Source: a virus. From it: DNA of 64,000 nt. The stretch lies in the IMG/VR virus record IMGVR_UViG_3300042563_002923, positions 2,610-66,609 of that record; one strand, written 5' to 3'. Position numbers and translations under genes: made by a program. Shown one piece after another: positions 46,800 to 55,985 of this stretch (the first letter of the stretch is position 1; every line of letters starts with the position of its first letter). The notes under the pieces were generated by a model that saw only the letters and a list, made by a program, of their open reading frames with translations, ran no database searches and was not told the DNA's origin.

Positions 46800-47354
46800 A
46801 TGGCAACGACATTCGATATTAATCAATTTAGAACTAGACTAAAGAATGGTGGCGCACGCCCCAATCAGTTTGAAGTTCAGTTTACATTTCCTCCTGCAAT
46901 CGCCGCATTAAACGCAGCATATGCAAGATCAAGTAGTTTTTTAGTTACTGTAGCAGAATTACCAGGCCAATCAATTGGAATTACTCCTGTATATTACAGA
47001 GGTCGTGAAATTAAATTGGCAGGCGATAAAGTATTTGCACCATTTACCTGCACTATTCTTAATGATACAGATTTTACATTAAGAGATGGTTTAGAGCAAT
47101 GGATGAATGCAATAGAAAGTAATTCTCTTAAAACCGGTGTTACCGATCCTTCACAGTATCAGGCAACACTAATTGTTAATCAGTTAGACAGATCAGGCAA
47201 TAATCTAAGAAGATATCGTATGGTTGGGGCATTCCCAACGGATATCTCTCCTATAGGATTAGACTTCTCTGCAAACGATCAACTATCGACATTTGGCGCA
47301 ACATTCCAATATCAACATTTTGATGTGCTAAGTGGTCAGTCTGCAATATTATAA
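46800..47354 (+). CDS. 19: tail tube protein gp19
   Basis: GGARPNQFEV, LPG, RGR.IKLAGD, NDTDF..R..LEQW, QLDR, FPT. Confidence 0.95.
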   Translation: MATTFDINQFRTRLKNGGARPNQFEVQFTFPPAIAALNAAYARSSSFLVTVAELPGQSIGITPVYYRGREIKLAGDKVFAPFTCTILNDTDFTLRDGLEQWMNAIESNSLKTGVTDPSQYQATLIVNQLDRSGNNLRRYRMVGAFPTDISPIGLDFSANDQLSTFGATFQYQHFDVLSGQSAIL

Positions 47355-47373
47355 TATTTTTGGAATTTAAATA

Positions 47374-48921
47374 ATGGCAATTAATTTATTTGGGTATACC
47401 ATTACCCGTGGTGAAGATGTGAGCAAGCTGGCACGAACACAATCGTTCGTGCCGCCTACTACTGATGATGGTACAGCAACAGTTCAAGGTGGCGGCTATT
47501 TTGGCACATATCTTGAAATGGATGCTACTGCTAAGTCGGAAGCAGAACTAATTACTCGATATCGTGAAGCATCTATGTATGCAGATTGTTCTACAGCAAT
47601 TGATGAAATTGTTACAGAAGCAATTGCGGCAGTTGACGATGAAGCACCAGTCCAACTTAATTTAACAGGTGTTGATTTACCTGATAATATTAAAAAGGCA
47701 ATGCAAGATCAATTTAACACAATTATTAGATTACTTGGATTTAACATTAAGGGATTTGATATATTCCGTAGATGGTATGTCGATGGCAGAATTTATTATC
47801 AAAAGATTATTGATGAAAAGAACCCTAAAAGGGGTATTATAGAATTAAGACAAATTGATCCTCGTAAAATTCGCAAAGTTCGCGAAATTAAAAAGGACAA
47901 GGATCAGAAAACAGGTGTAGATTTAATTAAATCAATTGAAGAATTTTTCATCTATAATGAAAAAGGAATTAATTATCAACCTAATTATTCTACATCTACT
48001 CCTGGTGCAAATCAAGGTTTAAAGATTTCTTTAGATTCAATTAGTTATATTCCTTCTGGCTTGAATGATTCTGAAAAGAATGTAGTACTGAGTTATTTGC
48101 ATAAGGCAATTAAACCAGTTAATCAATTAAAAATGATGGAAGATGCTTTGGTAATTTATAGATTATCTAGAGCGCCGGAAAGAAGAATATTTTATATTGA
48201 CGTTGGCAATTTGCCAAAGTTAAAAGCAGAGCAATATTTAAAAGATATTATGGCTCGCTACCGTAACAAGATTGTTTATGATTCTGCAACAGGCGAAATC
48301 AGAGATGATCGTAAATTTATGTCAATGCTTGAAGACTTTTGGTTGCCTCGTAGAGAAGGCGGTCGTGGTACTGAAATTACCACATTACCCGGTGGTGAAA
48401 ATCTAGGTCAGATTGATGATATTAATTATTTTCAGAATAAACTATATCAGGCATTGAACGTTCCTTTATCAAGAATGCAACCTCAACAAGGTATTTCATT
48501 TGGTAGAGCAACAGAGATTACTCGTGACGAATTAAAATTTGCTAAGTTTGTTGGTAGACTCCGCAAAAAATTTAGTCAGTTGTTTAATGACATATTAAAA
48601 ACACAATTAATCTTAACAGGTGTTATTACCGAACAAGATTGGGTTGAATTAAAAGAAAATATTCAGTATAAATTTGCTCAAGATCAGTATTTTGAGGAAA
48701 TGAAGGAAGCTGAAAATTTACGTAATCGTATTGATTTGGTAAATCAGATGCAACCTTTTATAGGGACATATTTTAGTAAAGAATATATTATGAAAAGTAT
48801 ATTGCGATTTACTGATGAAGAAATTGAAACAATGGAAGGTCAGATGGGGGCAGAGCCTCCGCCTACAATTGGCGTCGGCGGCCAACCAGTTCAGCCGCCT
48901 ATAAATAATCAATCGGAGTAA
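47374..48921 (+). CDS. 20: portal protein gp20
   Basis: FRRWYVDGR, YLHKAIKPVNQLKMMEDALVIYRLSRAPERRIFYIDVGNLP, EDFWLPRREGGRGTEITTLPGG. Confidence 0.98.
   Translation: MAINLFGYTITRGEDVSKLARTQSFVPPTTDDGTATVQGGGYFGTYLEMDATAKSEAELITRYREASMYADCSTAIDEIVTEAIAAVDDEAPVQLNLTGVDLPDNIKKAMQDQFNTIIRLLGFNIKGFDIFRRWYVDGRIYYQKIIDEKNPKRGIIELRQIDPRKIRKVREIKKDKDQKTGVDLIKSIEEFFIYNEKGINYQPNYSTSTPGANQGLKISLDSISYIPSGLNDSEKNVVLSYLHKAIKPVNQLKMMEDALVIYRLSRAPERRIFYIDVGNLPKLKAEQYLKDIMARYRNKIVYDSATGEIRDDRKFMSMLEDFWLPRREGGRGTEITTLPGGENLGQIDDINYFQNKLYQALNVPLSRMQPQQGISFGRATEITRDELKFAKFVGRLRKKFSQLFNDILKTQLILTGVITEQDWVELKENIQYKFAQDQYFEEMKEAENLRNRIDLVNQMQPFIGTYFSKEYIMKSILRFTDEEIETMEGQMGAEPPPTIGVGGQPVQPPINNQSE
48900..48907 (+). 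promoter_or_regulatory. T4-type late promoter
   Basis: TATAAATA at the 3' end of gp20. Confidence 0.6.
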
Positions 48922-48925
48922 AATT

Positions 48926-49096
48926 ATGGATACATCAGAAGTTATTAGACACATGGTAGACGACATTCTTGCAGATCGCTCGAATGACGCTGTTAACAGA
49001 TTTAACGATGCCTTGGGATTTAAATTATCTACAGCGTTAGATGATAAAAAACAAGAAATCGCATCCAGTATAGGCAAGGAAAATGAAGAAGTTTAA
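48926..49096 (+). CDS. small prohead core protein (gp67-like position; not in ORF track)
   Basis: 56 aa MDTSEVIRHMVDDILADRSNDAVNRFNDALGFKLSTALDDKKQEIASSIGKENEEV; GGAG RBS; follows portal. Confidence 0.7.
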   Translation: MDTSEVIRHMVDDILADRSNDAVNRFNDALGFKLSTALDDKKQEIASSIGKENEEV

Positions 49097-50321
49097 TCAA
49101 TTAAGAATAGATTTAACAGAAAAAACTCTTACTCCCGCTGAAAAGAAAAAGCGAGAGGAAATTGCCATGGCTATGGAGCGTGAGAATCCAGGTATGCCAA
49201 TGGCTAAAAAGATGGCTATTGCTACGGCAACTGCTAAAAGAGTTGCTGAAGAAAATCTTGACGAATTAAAATCATCTACATTGGACTCTTATATTACTAA
49301 AGTCGCAACAGGTCCTTCTAGAGGCAATACTCAAACAGGTATTCCTAAAAGCATAAAAGCAATTGGCGGCGTAACAACGGCCATTCGCAAAAAAGCTGAA
49401 AATAATAATCCCCCATTTGAACCAAATGTTCCCACAGGTGAAAGAAAAGATCAATTTGGGAATCCTATTAAAAATGTAGCAAAACACTTGGCTAAACAAG
49501 GTATGAAAAGTGTTACTGAAGAAATTAAAACAACGCATGAAGATCCGCTAGTTGTTGTAAAGGATGCTGAAGGTAATATTCTTACACATGCTAATCGTTC
49601 TGTTGCTGGTGATATTCATGGGATAAATGTTTCACATCACACTATTCATACAGGTATGCCAGTAGAAGTAGTTGACCGTGATGGTAAAAAGTTGACAGTT
49701 CAGAAATCTATGCATCATGATTCAGCAGTTAAAGAAGCTAAAGAAAAAACAGAATATGATTACGAAGGCGACATGGCTCGCAGTCAACTACAAAGTATTG
49801 TTATGAATGCCCAAAAAGTACATGATATGTTAAAAGACAATGATAATCTTCCTGAGTGGGTTCAATCAAAAATTACTCTTGCCGAAGATTATATTTTAAC
49901 CGTTTCAAATTATATGGCAACTGAAATTGATGAACAGACGAATAAAGAATATACACACAAGGTTGTTAACAGAAGAGGCGATATTGTTGGTAAATATACC
50001 TCTTTGAAAACTGCAACTCGAGCAGCGGATAAAAAAGATAACGCATACGGCGGATATGCACACCAAGTTCGTCGAATTGATGAAAAAACTATTGAGGAAG
50101 CATCCTACACATTTGAGCCTGCTACACACACGCCTACTGTTAAGAATTCTAAAGGACATAGTTTTGAAGGCAATACATATAATGCTAAGGGCCTAAAAGG
50201 TGCAAGCATTTACAAAAATAAAGATACTGGTAAGTATTATGCTAATAAAATAGATTCGAATACCACATTTCACAGTAGTGCTGAAGACGCTGCTGAAAAG
50301 TATCATAATAAAGCAAAATAA
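49083..50321 (+). CDS. probable prohead core / internal head protein
   Basis: MKKF.Q.R..LTE start; modules separated by L/I/V-x-E sites; EYDYEGDMA..QL...LPEWVQSKITLAEDY domain. Confidence 0.65.
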   Translation: MKKFNQLRIDLTEKTLTPAEKKKREEIAMAMERENPGMPMAKKMAIATATAKRVAEENLDELKSSTLDSYITKVATGPSRGNTQTGIPKSIKAIGGVTTAIRKKAENNNPPFEPNVPTGERKDQFGNPIKNVAKHLAKQGMKSVTEEIKTTHEDPLVVVKDAEGNILTHANRSVAGDIHGINVSHHTIHTGMPVEVVDRDGKKLTVQKSMHHDSAVKEAKEKTEYDYEGDMARSQLQSIVMNAQKVHDMLKDNDNLPEWVQSKITLAEDYILTVSNYMATEIDEQTNKEYTHKVVNRRGDIVGKYTSLKTATRAADKKDNAYGGYAHQVRRIDEKTIEEASYTFEPATHTPTVKNSKGHSFEGNTYNAKGLKGASIYKNKDTGKYYANKIDSNTTFHSSAEDAAEKYHNKAK

Positions 50322-50333
50322 TAAGAGGATAAA

Positions 50334-50747
50334 ATGCCGGTAACAAGATCAATTCTTAAGAATGTTAGACAACAGGCAGTTGTTAAATTTATTGGTGGCG
50401 GAACAGCTAACATAGATTTACGTGCGGATTTGACACAGCCTGAAGAAACATTTCAGGGGTTTGGTAATACCAATGTAACAATTAAAACTGTTATGTATAG
50501 TACAACCGATTCTGCATCTTCTCCTATTTTAATTCAACGCGGCGTTAATGCTACGGTTGCAACAAACGTAATGATATTATATGGTACGGCGGATTGGGAA
50601 TTGGATCAAGGTGCAGGATTTGTAGACGATACTGGCGCAAATTCGAATGTAACTGTAATTTTACCTGCGTCGGGTGCAACGTTATATTTGGTATTAGGCA
50701 AAACATCAGGATATATTGGCCCTGATCTACAGACCGCACCTAATTAA
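50334..50747 (+). CDS. conserved hypothetical protein upstream of prohead protease
   Basis: 137 aa beta-rich ORF, GAGGA RBS. Confidence 0.7.
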   Translation: MPVTRSILKNVRQQAVVKFIGGGTANIDLRADLTQPEETFQGFGNTNVTIKTVMYSTTDSASSPILIQRGVNATVATNVMILYGTADWELDQGAGFVDDTGANSNVTVILPASGATLYLVLGKTSGYIGPDLQTAPN

Positions 50748-50761
50748 TACGGAGAATTAAA

Positions 50762-51412
50762 ATGAGATTAATCACAGAAGTCGCACAAGACCTCAATTAT
50801 CTAATAGAAGATAAAAAGTCTGGTGGCAAGAATGTCTTCATTGAAGGCATCTTTATGCAAGTAGAAAAACCAAACCGTAATGGGCGTTTGTATAAGCGCG
50901 ACATTATGGAAAAAGAATTAACTCGTTATCAGAAATTGATTGACGAGAAAAGATCCTTGGGTGAATTGGGTCACCCAGCAAATCCAACATTAAATTTGGA
51001 TAAAGTCTCTCACCTTATTGAAAGCCTTCGTTTCGACGGCAACAATGTAATTGGCAGAGCAAAGATTTTAGAAACTCCGATGGGTAACATTGCTCGCAAT
51101 TTGATTGAGAACGATGTGAGACTTGGTGTTTCTTCTAGAGGTTTGGGTTCACTAAAAATGAACAAAGAGGGTGTTAATGAGGTTCAGGGTGATTTTCATC
51201 TTGCAACTGTAGACATCGTAGCAGATCCTTCCGCACATGATGCTTTTGTTCAAGGCATTTATGAGTCTGCAGATTGGATATGTGAAAATGGTCTGTGGAA
51301 AGCTGTTGATATCGAAAGAGCACAACAAACATTAAAGGGCGCATCTAAGGGACAGTTAGAATCTGTTAAACTAAAGATGTTTGAAGAGTTTATGTCTAGA
51401 ATGTCTAGATAA
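50762..51412 (+). CDS. 21: prohead core protease gp21
   Basis: MRLITE, IEGIFMQ...NRNGR.Y, LGELGHP, GVSSRGLGSL, DIVADPSA.DAFV. Confidence 0.97.
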   Translation: MRLITEVAQDLNYLIEDKKSGGKNVFIEGIFMQVEKPNRNGRLYKRDIMEKELTRYQKLIDEKRSLGELGHPANPTLNLDKVSHLIESLRFDGNNVIGRAKILETPMGNIARNLIENDVRLGVSSRGLGSLKMNKEGVNEVQGDFHLATVDIVADPSAHDAFVQGIYESADWICENGLWKAVDIERAQQTLKGASKGQLESVKLKMFEEFMSRMSR

Positions 51413-51419
51413 TCAAACT

Positions 51420-51427
51420 TATAAATA
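51420..51427 (+). promoter_or_regulatory. T4-type late promoter
   Basis: TATAAATA upstream of gp22. Confidence 0.8.
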
Positions 51428-51456
51428 ATTTGAAACAATCCATTTAGGAGACACTA

Positions 51457-52596
51457 ATGTCAGTAGAAAGCAAAATTAAACAATTGCTAGAGCGTGTAGA
51501 TGCGAAATCTAGCCTAGAAGAAGCAGACGCTATGGGTGCAGCTAAAGGTAAAGATACCTCTATCAAAGCAGCTAATGGCGGTGATGCCTCCCCACCAAAA
51601 CAAGGTAGTTCTGAAGACGCAAGTTATGAAGAGCGCGACGAAGAAGAACAAAACCAAGGTGCCATTGCAGCTAAAGGTGTTAATAAAACTACCATTAAGA
51701 TGAAGGCCCCGGTTGGAGATGCTCCTAACTTCCAAACAGTAGGAGATCCAACTTCAGCAGTAAATCAACCTAACTCTTCAGGAAATGTTCCTGTTGGAGA
51801 AGAAGAAGAATTTGATGGTGAAGTAATTGAGGAAGATGAAGAAATTCAAACTCCTGCAGCAATTGACTTATCCCCAATTTTTGGCGATGATCTCTCAGAA
51901 GATTTCAAAGCTAAAGCAACATCTATTTTTGAAGCAGCAGTTATTGCTCGCGTAAATTCAGAAATGGATAAAGTCGCAGCATCTCTAGAAGAGAAGTATG
52001 CCGCAGACGTTGCAGAATACAAAGACAGTATCGTCGAAAAAATTGATTCATATCTCAACTATGTTGTTGAGAATTGGATGAAAGAAAATGAATTGGCCTT
52101 GGAAAACGGTCTTCGCACTGAGATTGCTGAAGACTTTATGTCTGGCCTAAAAGTACTATTCAAAGAGCACTACATTGAAGTGCCTGAAGAGAAATACGAT
52201 GTAATCGGTGAACTACAAGCCAAAGCTGCAGAACTCGAAGCAAAACTCGACGAAGCAATTGGCAGCAACGTAGACCTTAACAAAGAAGTCACTTCTTTAA
52301 AGCGTCAAGCAGTTGTAGAAGAATTGTCCAAAGATTTAGCTGACACAGAAGCTGCAAAATTGGGCAAACTATTAGAGGGTGTTGACTTTGAAAATGAAGA
52401 TCTTTACAGAGAGAAAGTTTCTGTAATTAAAGATAATTATTTTCCAAAGAATGCAGTAACAGAAAGCGTATCGCAATCCGTTCAAGCACAACAGACTTTA
52501 ACAGAAGAAACAGATGTTCCAACTGGATTTACAGATGGTTCGTCAGTAGTTTCTACATATGCTAAAGCACTTTCAAGATCAATTAAAAGAGCGTAA
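51457..52596 (+). CDS. 22: prohead scaffold protein gp22
   Basis: LSEDFK.KA.SIFEAAV, VEKIDSYLNYVVE.WM.EN..A.E.GLR.EI.EDF, HYIEVPEEK.D. Confidence 0.95.
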   Translation: MSVESKIKQLLERVDAKSSLEEADAMGAAKGKDTSIKAANGGDASPPKQGSSEDASYEERDEEEQNQGAIAAKGVNKTTIKMKAPVGDAPNFQTVGDPTSAVNQPNSSGNVPVGEEEEFDGEVIEEDEEIQTPAAIDLSPIFGDDLSEDFKAKATSIFEAAVIARVNSEMDKVAASLEEKYAADVAEYKDSIVEKIDSYLNYVVENWMKENELALENGLRTEIAEDFMSGLKVLFKEHYIEVPEEKYDVIGELQAKAAELEAKLDEAIGSNVDLNKEVTSLKRQAVVEELSKDLADTEAAKLGKLLEGVDFENEDLYREKVSVIKDNYFPKNAVTESVSQSVQAQQTLTEETDVPTGFTDGSSVVSTYAKALSRSIKRA

Positions 52597-52625
52597 TTTT
52601 ACGACATTCCATCAAGGAGAAATAA

Positions 52626-53921
52626 ATGTTTTTATCTGAAAATTTACAACAAAAATGGCAAGCCATTTTAGAGCACCCAGATCTTCCAGAGATCAAGGAC
52701 AGCTATAAAAAGGCAGTCACATCCGTATTGCTAGAGAACCAAGAGCGTTCATTGCGTGAAGAGCGTAGTGCATTGTTCGAGGCAGCTCCAGCAAATAACA
52801 TTTCCGCAACAAGCGGTATTGACAAGTATGATCCAATCATGATTGGCCTAGTACGTCGTGCAATGCCTAACCTAATGGCATATGACATCTGCGGCGTTCA
52901 GCCAATGACTGGCCCAACCGGTTTGATCTTCGCTATGCGTTCTCAATACAACGCAGAGCGTGCTAATACAACAACTCGCGTTGAGGCATTGTACAACGAA
53001 GCTAATACAGGATTCGCCGGTGCAGGCGGCGGTGTTGGTAATAATCCAGTTGACGGCACTTATACTACGGGCACTGGGCAAACTACAGCAGCAGCTGAAG
53101 CATTAGGCAGCAGCGGCTCTCCAGCATTTAACGAAATGTCTTTCTCTATTGACAAGACAACAGTTACTGCAAAATCACGTGCGTTGAAGGCTGAGTACAC
53201 AGTTGAATTGGCACAAGACTTGAAAGCTATTCACGGTCTTGACGCTGAAGCAGAATTATCAAACATCTTGTCACAAGAATTCATGTTTGAAATTAACCGT
53301 GAAGTTGTTCGTACAATTTACAAAGTTGCTAAGCCAGGTTCTCCAGCTACAGCAACTGCAGGTACATTTGACTTAGACGTTGACTCTAATGGACGTTGGT
53401 CTGTTGAGCGTTTCAAAGGTCTATTGTTCAACATTGAACGTGATGCTAATCACATTGCACAAGACACACGTCGTGGTAAAGGTAACTTCATCGTTTGCTC
53501 TGCAGACGTTGCAAGTGCATTAGCTATGTCAGGTGTTCTAGACTACGCTCCAGCTTTAAGCACAAACTTAAATGTTGATGACACCGGCAACACTTTCGCA
53601 GGTGTTCTAAACGGACGCTACCGTGTATACATTGATCCGTATTCCAGCAATCTAGGTGACGCAAGTCAGTTCTACATGGTTGGTTATAAGGGTTCTTCTC
53701 CTTATGACGCAGGTATGTTCTACTGCCCATATGTTCCTTTACAAATGGTTCGCGCAGTTGATCCTAACAGCTTCCAGCCAAAGATTGGCTTCAAGACACG
53801 TTACGGTTTAATTGCTAACCCATACGTTACAACTTCAGCTACCGGTGCAGCTGACGCAGATACATTTACGGCTAACCGTAATCAGTACTATCGTCGCACT
53901 AAAGTGTTGAACTTAATGTAA
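52626..53921 (+). CDS. 23: major capsid protein gp23
   Basis: LVRRAMPNLMAYDICGVQPMTGPTGLIFAMRS, KSRALKAEY..ELAQDLKAIHGLDAEAEL, FQPKIGFKTRYG. Confidence 0.99.
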   Translation: MFLSENLQQKWQAILEHPDLPEIKDSYKKAVTSVLLENQERSLREERSALFEAAPANNISATSGIDKYDPIMIGLVRRAMPNLMAYDICGVQPMTGPTGLIFAMRSQYNAERANTTTRVEALYNEANTGFAGAGGGVGNNPVDGTYTTGTGQTTAAAEALGSSGSPAFNEMSFSIDKTTVTAKSRALKAEYTVELAQDLKAIHGLDAEAELSNILSQEFMFEINREVVRTIYKVAKPGSPATATAGTFDLDVDSNGRWSVERFKGLLFNIERDANHIAQDTRRGKGNFIVCSADVASALAMSGVLDYAPALSTNLNVDDTGNTFAGVLNGRYRVYIDPYSSNLGDASQFYMVGYKGSSPYDAGMFYCPYVPLQMVRAVDPNSFQPKIGFKTRYGLIANPYVTTSATGAADADTFTANRNQYYRRTKVLNLM

Positions 53922-53972
53922 TTTTTGCATTAATTAAGTCGGCATTAAGATCGGCACAGTCATAGACTGATT

Positions 53973-54001
53973 AAAAGGGGGAAGAAATTCCCCCTTTTTT
54001 T
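53973..54001 (+). terminator. intrinsic terminator after gp23
   Basis: AAAAGGGGGAA-gaaa-TTCCCCCTTTTTTT. Confidence 0.9.
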
Positions 54002-54005
54002 GCCT

Positions 54006-54013
54006 TATAAATA
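54006..54013 (+). promoter_or_regulatory. T4-type late promoter
   Basis: TATAAATA upstream of gp3. Confidence 0.75.
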
Positions 54014-54036
54014 TTAATGTTAGCAAAGGATGTTAA

Positions 54037-54621
54037 ATGTATACTTCAAATATAGATGTTTTAAAACAGAACTATGACAGTTCTCTTCCAAAGACATATG
54101 ATTTCCTAAGACCGAACGCGTTTAAATTTTCAATAAAAGATATACCTGGTATTTCTTTTACCTGCCAATCGGCAAATTTACCGCAATTGGCATTAGGGTA
54201 TGCATCTCAACCTACTCCCTTTGTTGATATTCCTCGTATTGGCGATAAATTGAATTTTGGAGAATTTACTATTAGATTCATTATATCTGAAGATATGTCA
54301 AATTATTTAGAACTTTATAAATGGTTGGTTGCAATAGGTTTTCCTGACAATTATTCTCAATTTGGACAATTTGTTAAGAACAGACCAAGCGCATTTCCAA
54401 TAATTATTAATTCTAAGGGAGAACAAGAAGTTTTGGCATACTCGGATGGTACTTTAACGATTTTAGACTCGACAAATACCCCTAAAGTAAATATAATATA
54501 TAAAGACATATTCCCGGTGTCTTTAGAAGCTTTAGATTTTGATATAGCTTCTGCAAGCGTTGAATATTTTACAGCAATCGCTTCATTTAAATATACCCTG
54601 TTTGAGGTGGAGCAACTTTAA
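54037..54621 (+). CDS. 3: tail completion / sheath stabilizer gp3
   Basis: FL.PN.FKF, F.CQSANLP, GDKL.F, F.ISEDM.NYLE.YKW, SD.TL.IL, FPVSL. Confidence 0.88.
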   Translation: MYTSNIDVLKQNYDSSLPKTYDFLRPNAFKFSIKDIPGISFTCQSANLPQLALGYASQPTPFVDIPRIGDKLNFGEFTIRFIISEDMSNYLELYKWLVAIGFPDNYSQFGQFVKNRPSAFPIIINSKGEQEVLAYSDGTLTILDSTNTPKVNIIYKDIFPVSLEALDFDIASASVEYFTAIASFKYTLFEVEQL

Positions 54622-54638
54622 TTAACTATGGAGATTTT

Positions 54639-55538
54639 ATGGCAACTAATAAACCTGGATTGAAAAACATTCCAAAAATTCCGGTACCCAAATTTAACAA
54701 GGCAAATGCGCCTGCAATTCCGCAACAACAAGCTCAACCTGGGCAATTACAAATCAATATTGAAGATTTGCGAAAAGAAAAAATCTTTGTTGCAACACCG
54801 TGTTACGGTGGTATGCTAACAGAGGCATATTTTAGATCAATGGTTCGCACATTGACATTCTTTAATCAACACCAAATTCCAATTGCGTTTGGTACTATTG
54901 CAAATGAGTCTTTAGTTACTCGTGCTCGCAATGTGTTAGTTGCTTATTTTCTACAAAGTAATTACTCGCGTTTGCTCTTTATTGATGCAGACATTGAATT
55001 CCAAGTTGAAGACGTTTTGAAGTTAATTGCCCACAATAAAGAAGTTTGTGTTGGTGCATATCCTAAAAAGGGTGTTAATTGGCAACGTATCAGAGATAGC
55101 ATTTTGCGCAAACCTACAGAAGAAATTTCTGATCGCGACATTGCTGCCGCAGGTTCTGATTACGCTATTAACTTTAAATTCGTTAATCGCGATTTAAAAC
55201 AAATTGCTATTGAAAATGGTGTTATTAAATTGCACGATGGTGCTACAGGCTTTATGATGATTAAGCGCGAAGCAGTTGATAAAATGATTGCAGCATACCC
55301 CGAGTTGAAGTATAACAATGATTTAAATACTCCTCCGGATTTGCAGGATTTCTTCTATGCATTCTTCGACACAATGATCGATCCTAAGGACAAGCGTTAT
55401 TTGTCAGAGGACTACACATTCAGCAGACGCTGGCAAGATATTGGCGGAGATATTTGGCTTGATCCAACAATCTCATTGAACCACTATGGTTCCTTTAACT
55501 TCCAGGGCAATCCTGCACAAATTATTCAAATTGGATAA
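54639..55538 (+). CDS. GT-A fold glycosyltransferase-like protein
   Basis: IFVATPCYGG, NESLVTRARN, LLFIDADI (DxD), TGFMMIKR, YLSEDYTF..RW, H.G. Confidence 0.7.
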   Translation: MATNKPGLKNIPKIPVPKFNKANAPAIPQQQAQPGQLQINIEDLRKEKIFVATPCYGGMLTEAYFRSMVRTLTFFNQHQIPIAFGTIANESLVTRARNVLVAYFLQSNYSRLLFIDADIEFQVEDVLKLIAHNKEVCVGAYPKKGVNWQRIRDSILRKPTEEISDRDIAAAGSDYAINFKFVNRDLKQIAIENGVIKLHDGATGFMMIKREAVDKMIAAYPELKYNNDLNTPPDLQDFFYAFFDTMIDPKDKRYLSEDYTFSRRWQDIGGDIWLDPTISLNHYGSFNFQGNPAQIIQIG

Positions 55539-55544
55539 TTAAAA

Positions 55545-55985
55545 ATGAAGCTCACGGATTTACAAAATCTGTGGGCAGAGGATTGCAAGATTGACGAAAC
55601 TAATCTAGGTCATGAATCTGCTCGCACACCTACACTACATTCTAAGTATTTAAATTTTTTATCATCTACTCGACTTAATTTACGTAAAGCCGAGTCTGAC
55701 TACTTAAACCTTCGCCGCAAAAAGTACAAATATTTCAGAGGAGAAATGACTCAACTGGAATTAGCCGATGAAGGATGGGATCAATGGCAAGGCAATAAAC
55801 CTTTGAAGAATGAAATGGATGAATTTCTTCAAGTGGATGCCGACCTAATTATCCAGCAAGATAAAATTGAATATCTCAAAACAGTCATGTATCAACTTGA
55901 ACAAATTATTAGATCATTGAATAGTAGAACATGGGATATAAAAAATAGTATTGAATGGACAAAATTCACAAACGGATTAATGTAA
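55545..55985 (+). CDS. uvsY: recombination mediator UvsY
   Basis: W..D.KID...L..ES...P.LHSKYL, R.WDIKN.IEW.KF; precedes uvsW. Confidence 0.9.
   Translation: MKLTDLQNLWAEDCKIDETNLGHESARTPTLHSKYLNFLSSTRLNLRKAESDYLNLRRKKYKYFRGEMTQLELADEGWDQWQGNKPLKNEMDEFLQVDADLIIQQDKIEYLKTVMYQLEQIIRSLNSRTWDIKNSIEWTKFTNGLM

Noticed and set aside
43324-48921. Inteins, introns or homing endonucleases in terminase, sheath or portal
   Set aside because: Lengths are ordinary and no intein, HNH, GIY-YIG or LAGLIDADG motifs were seen
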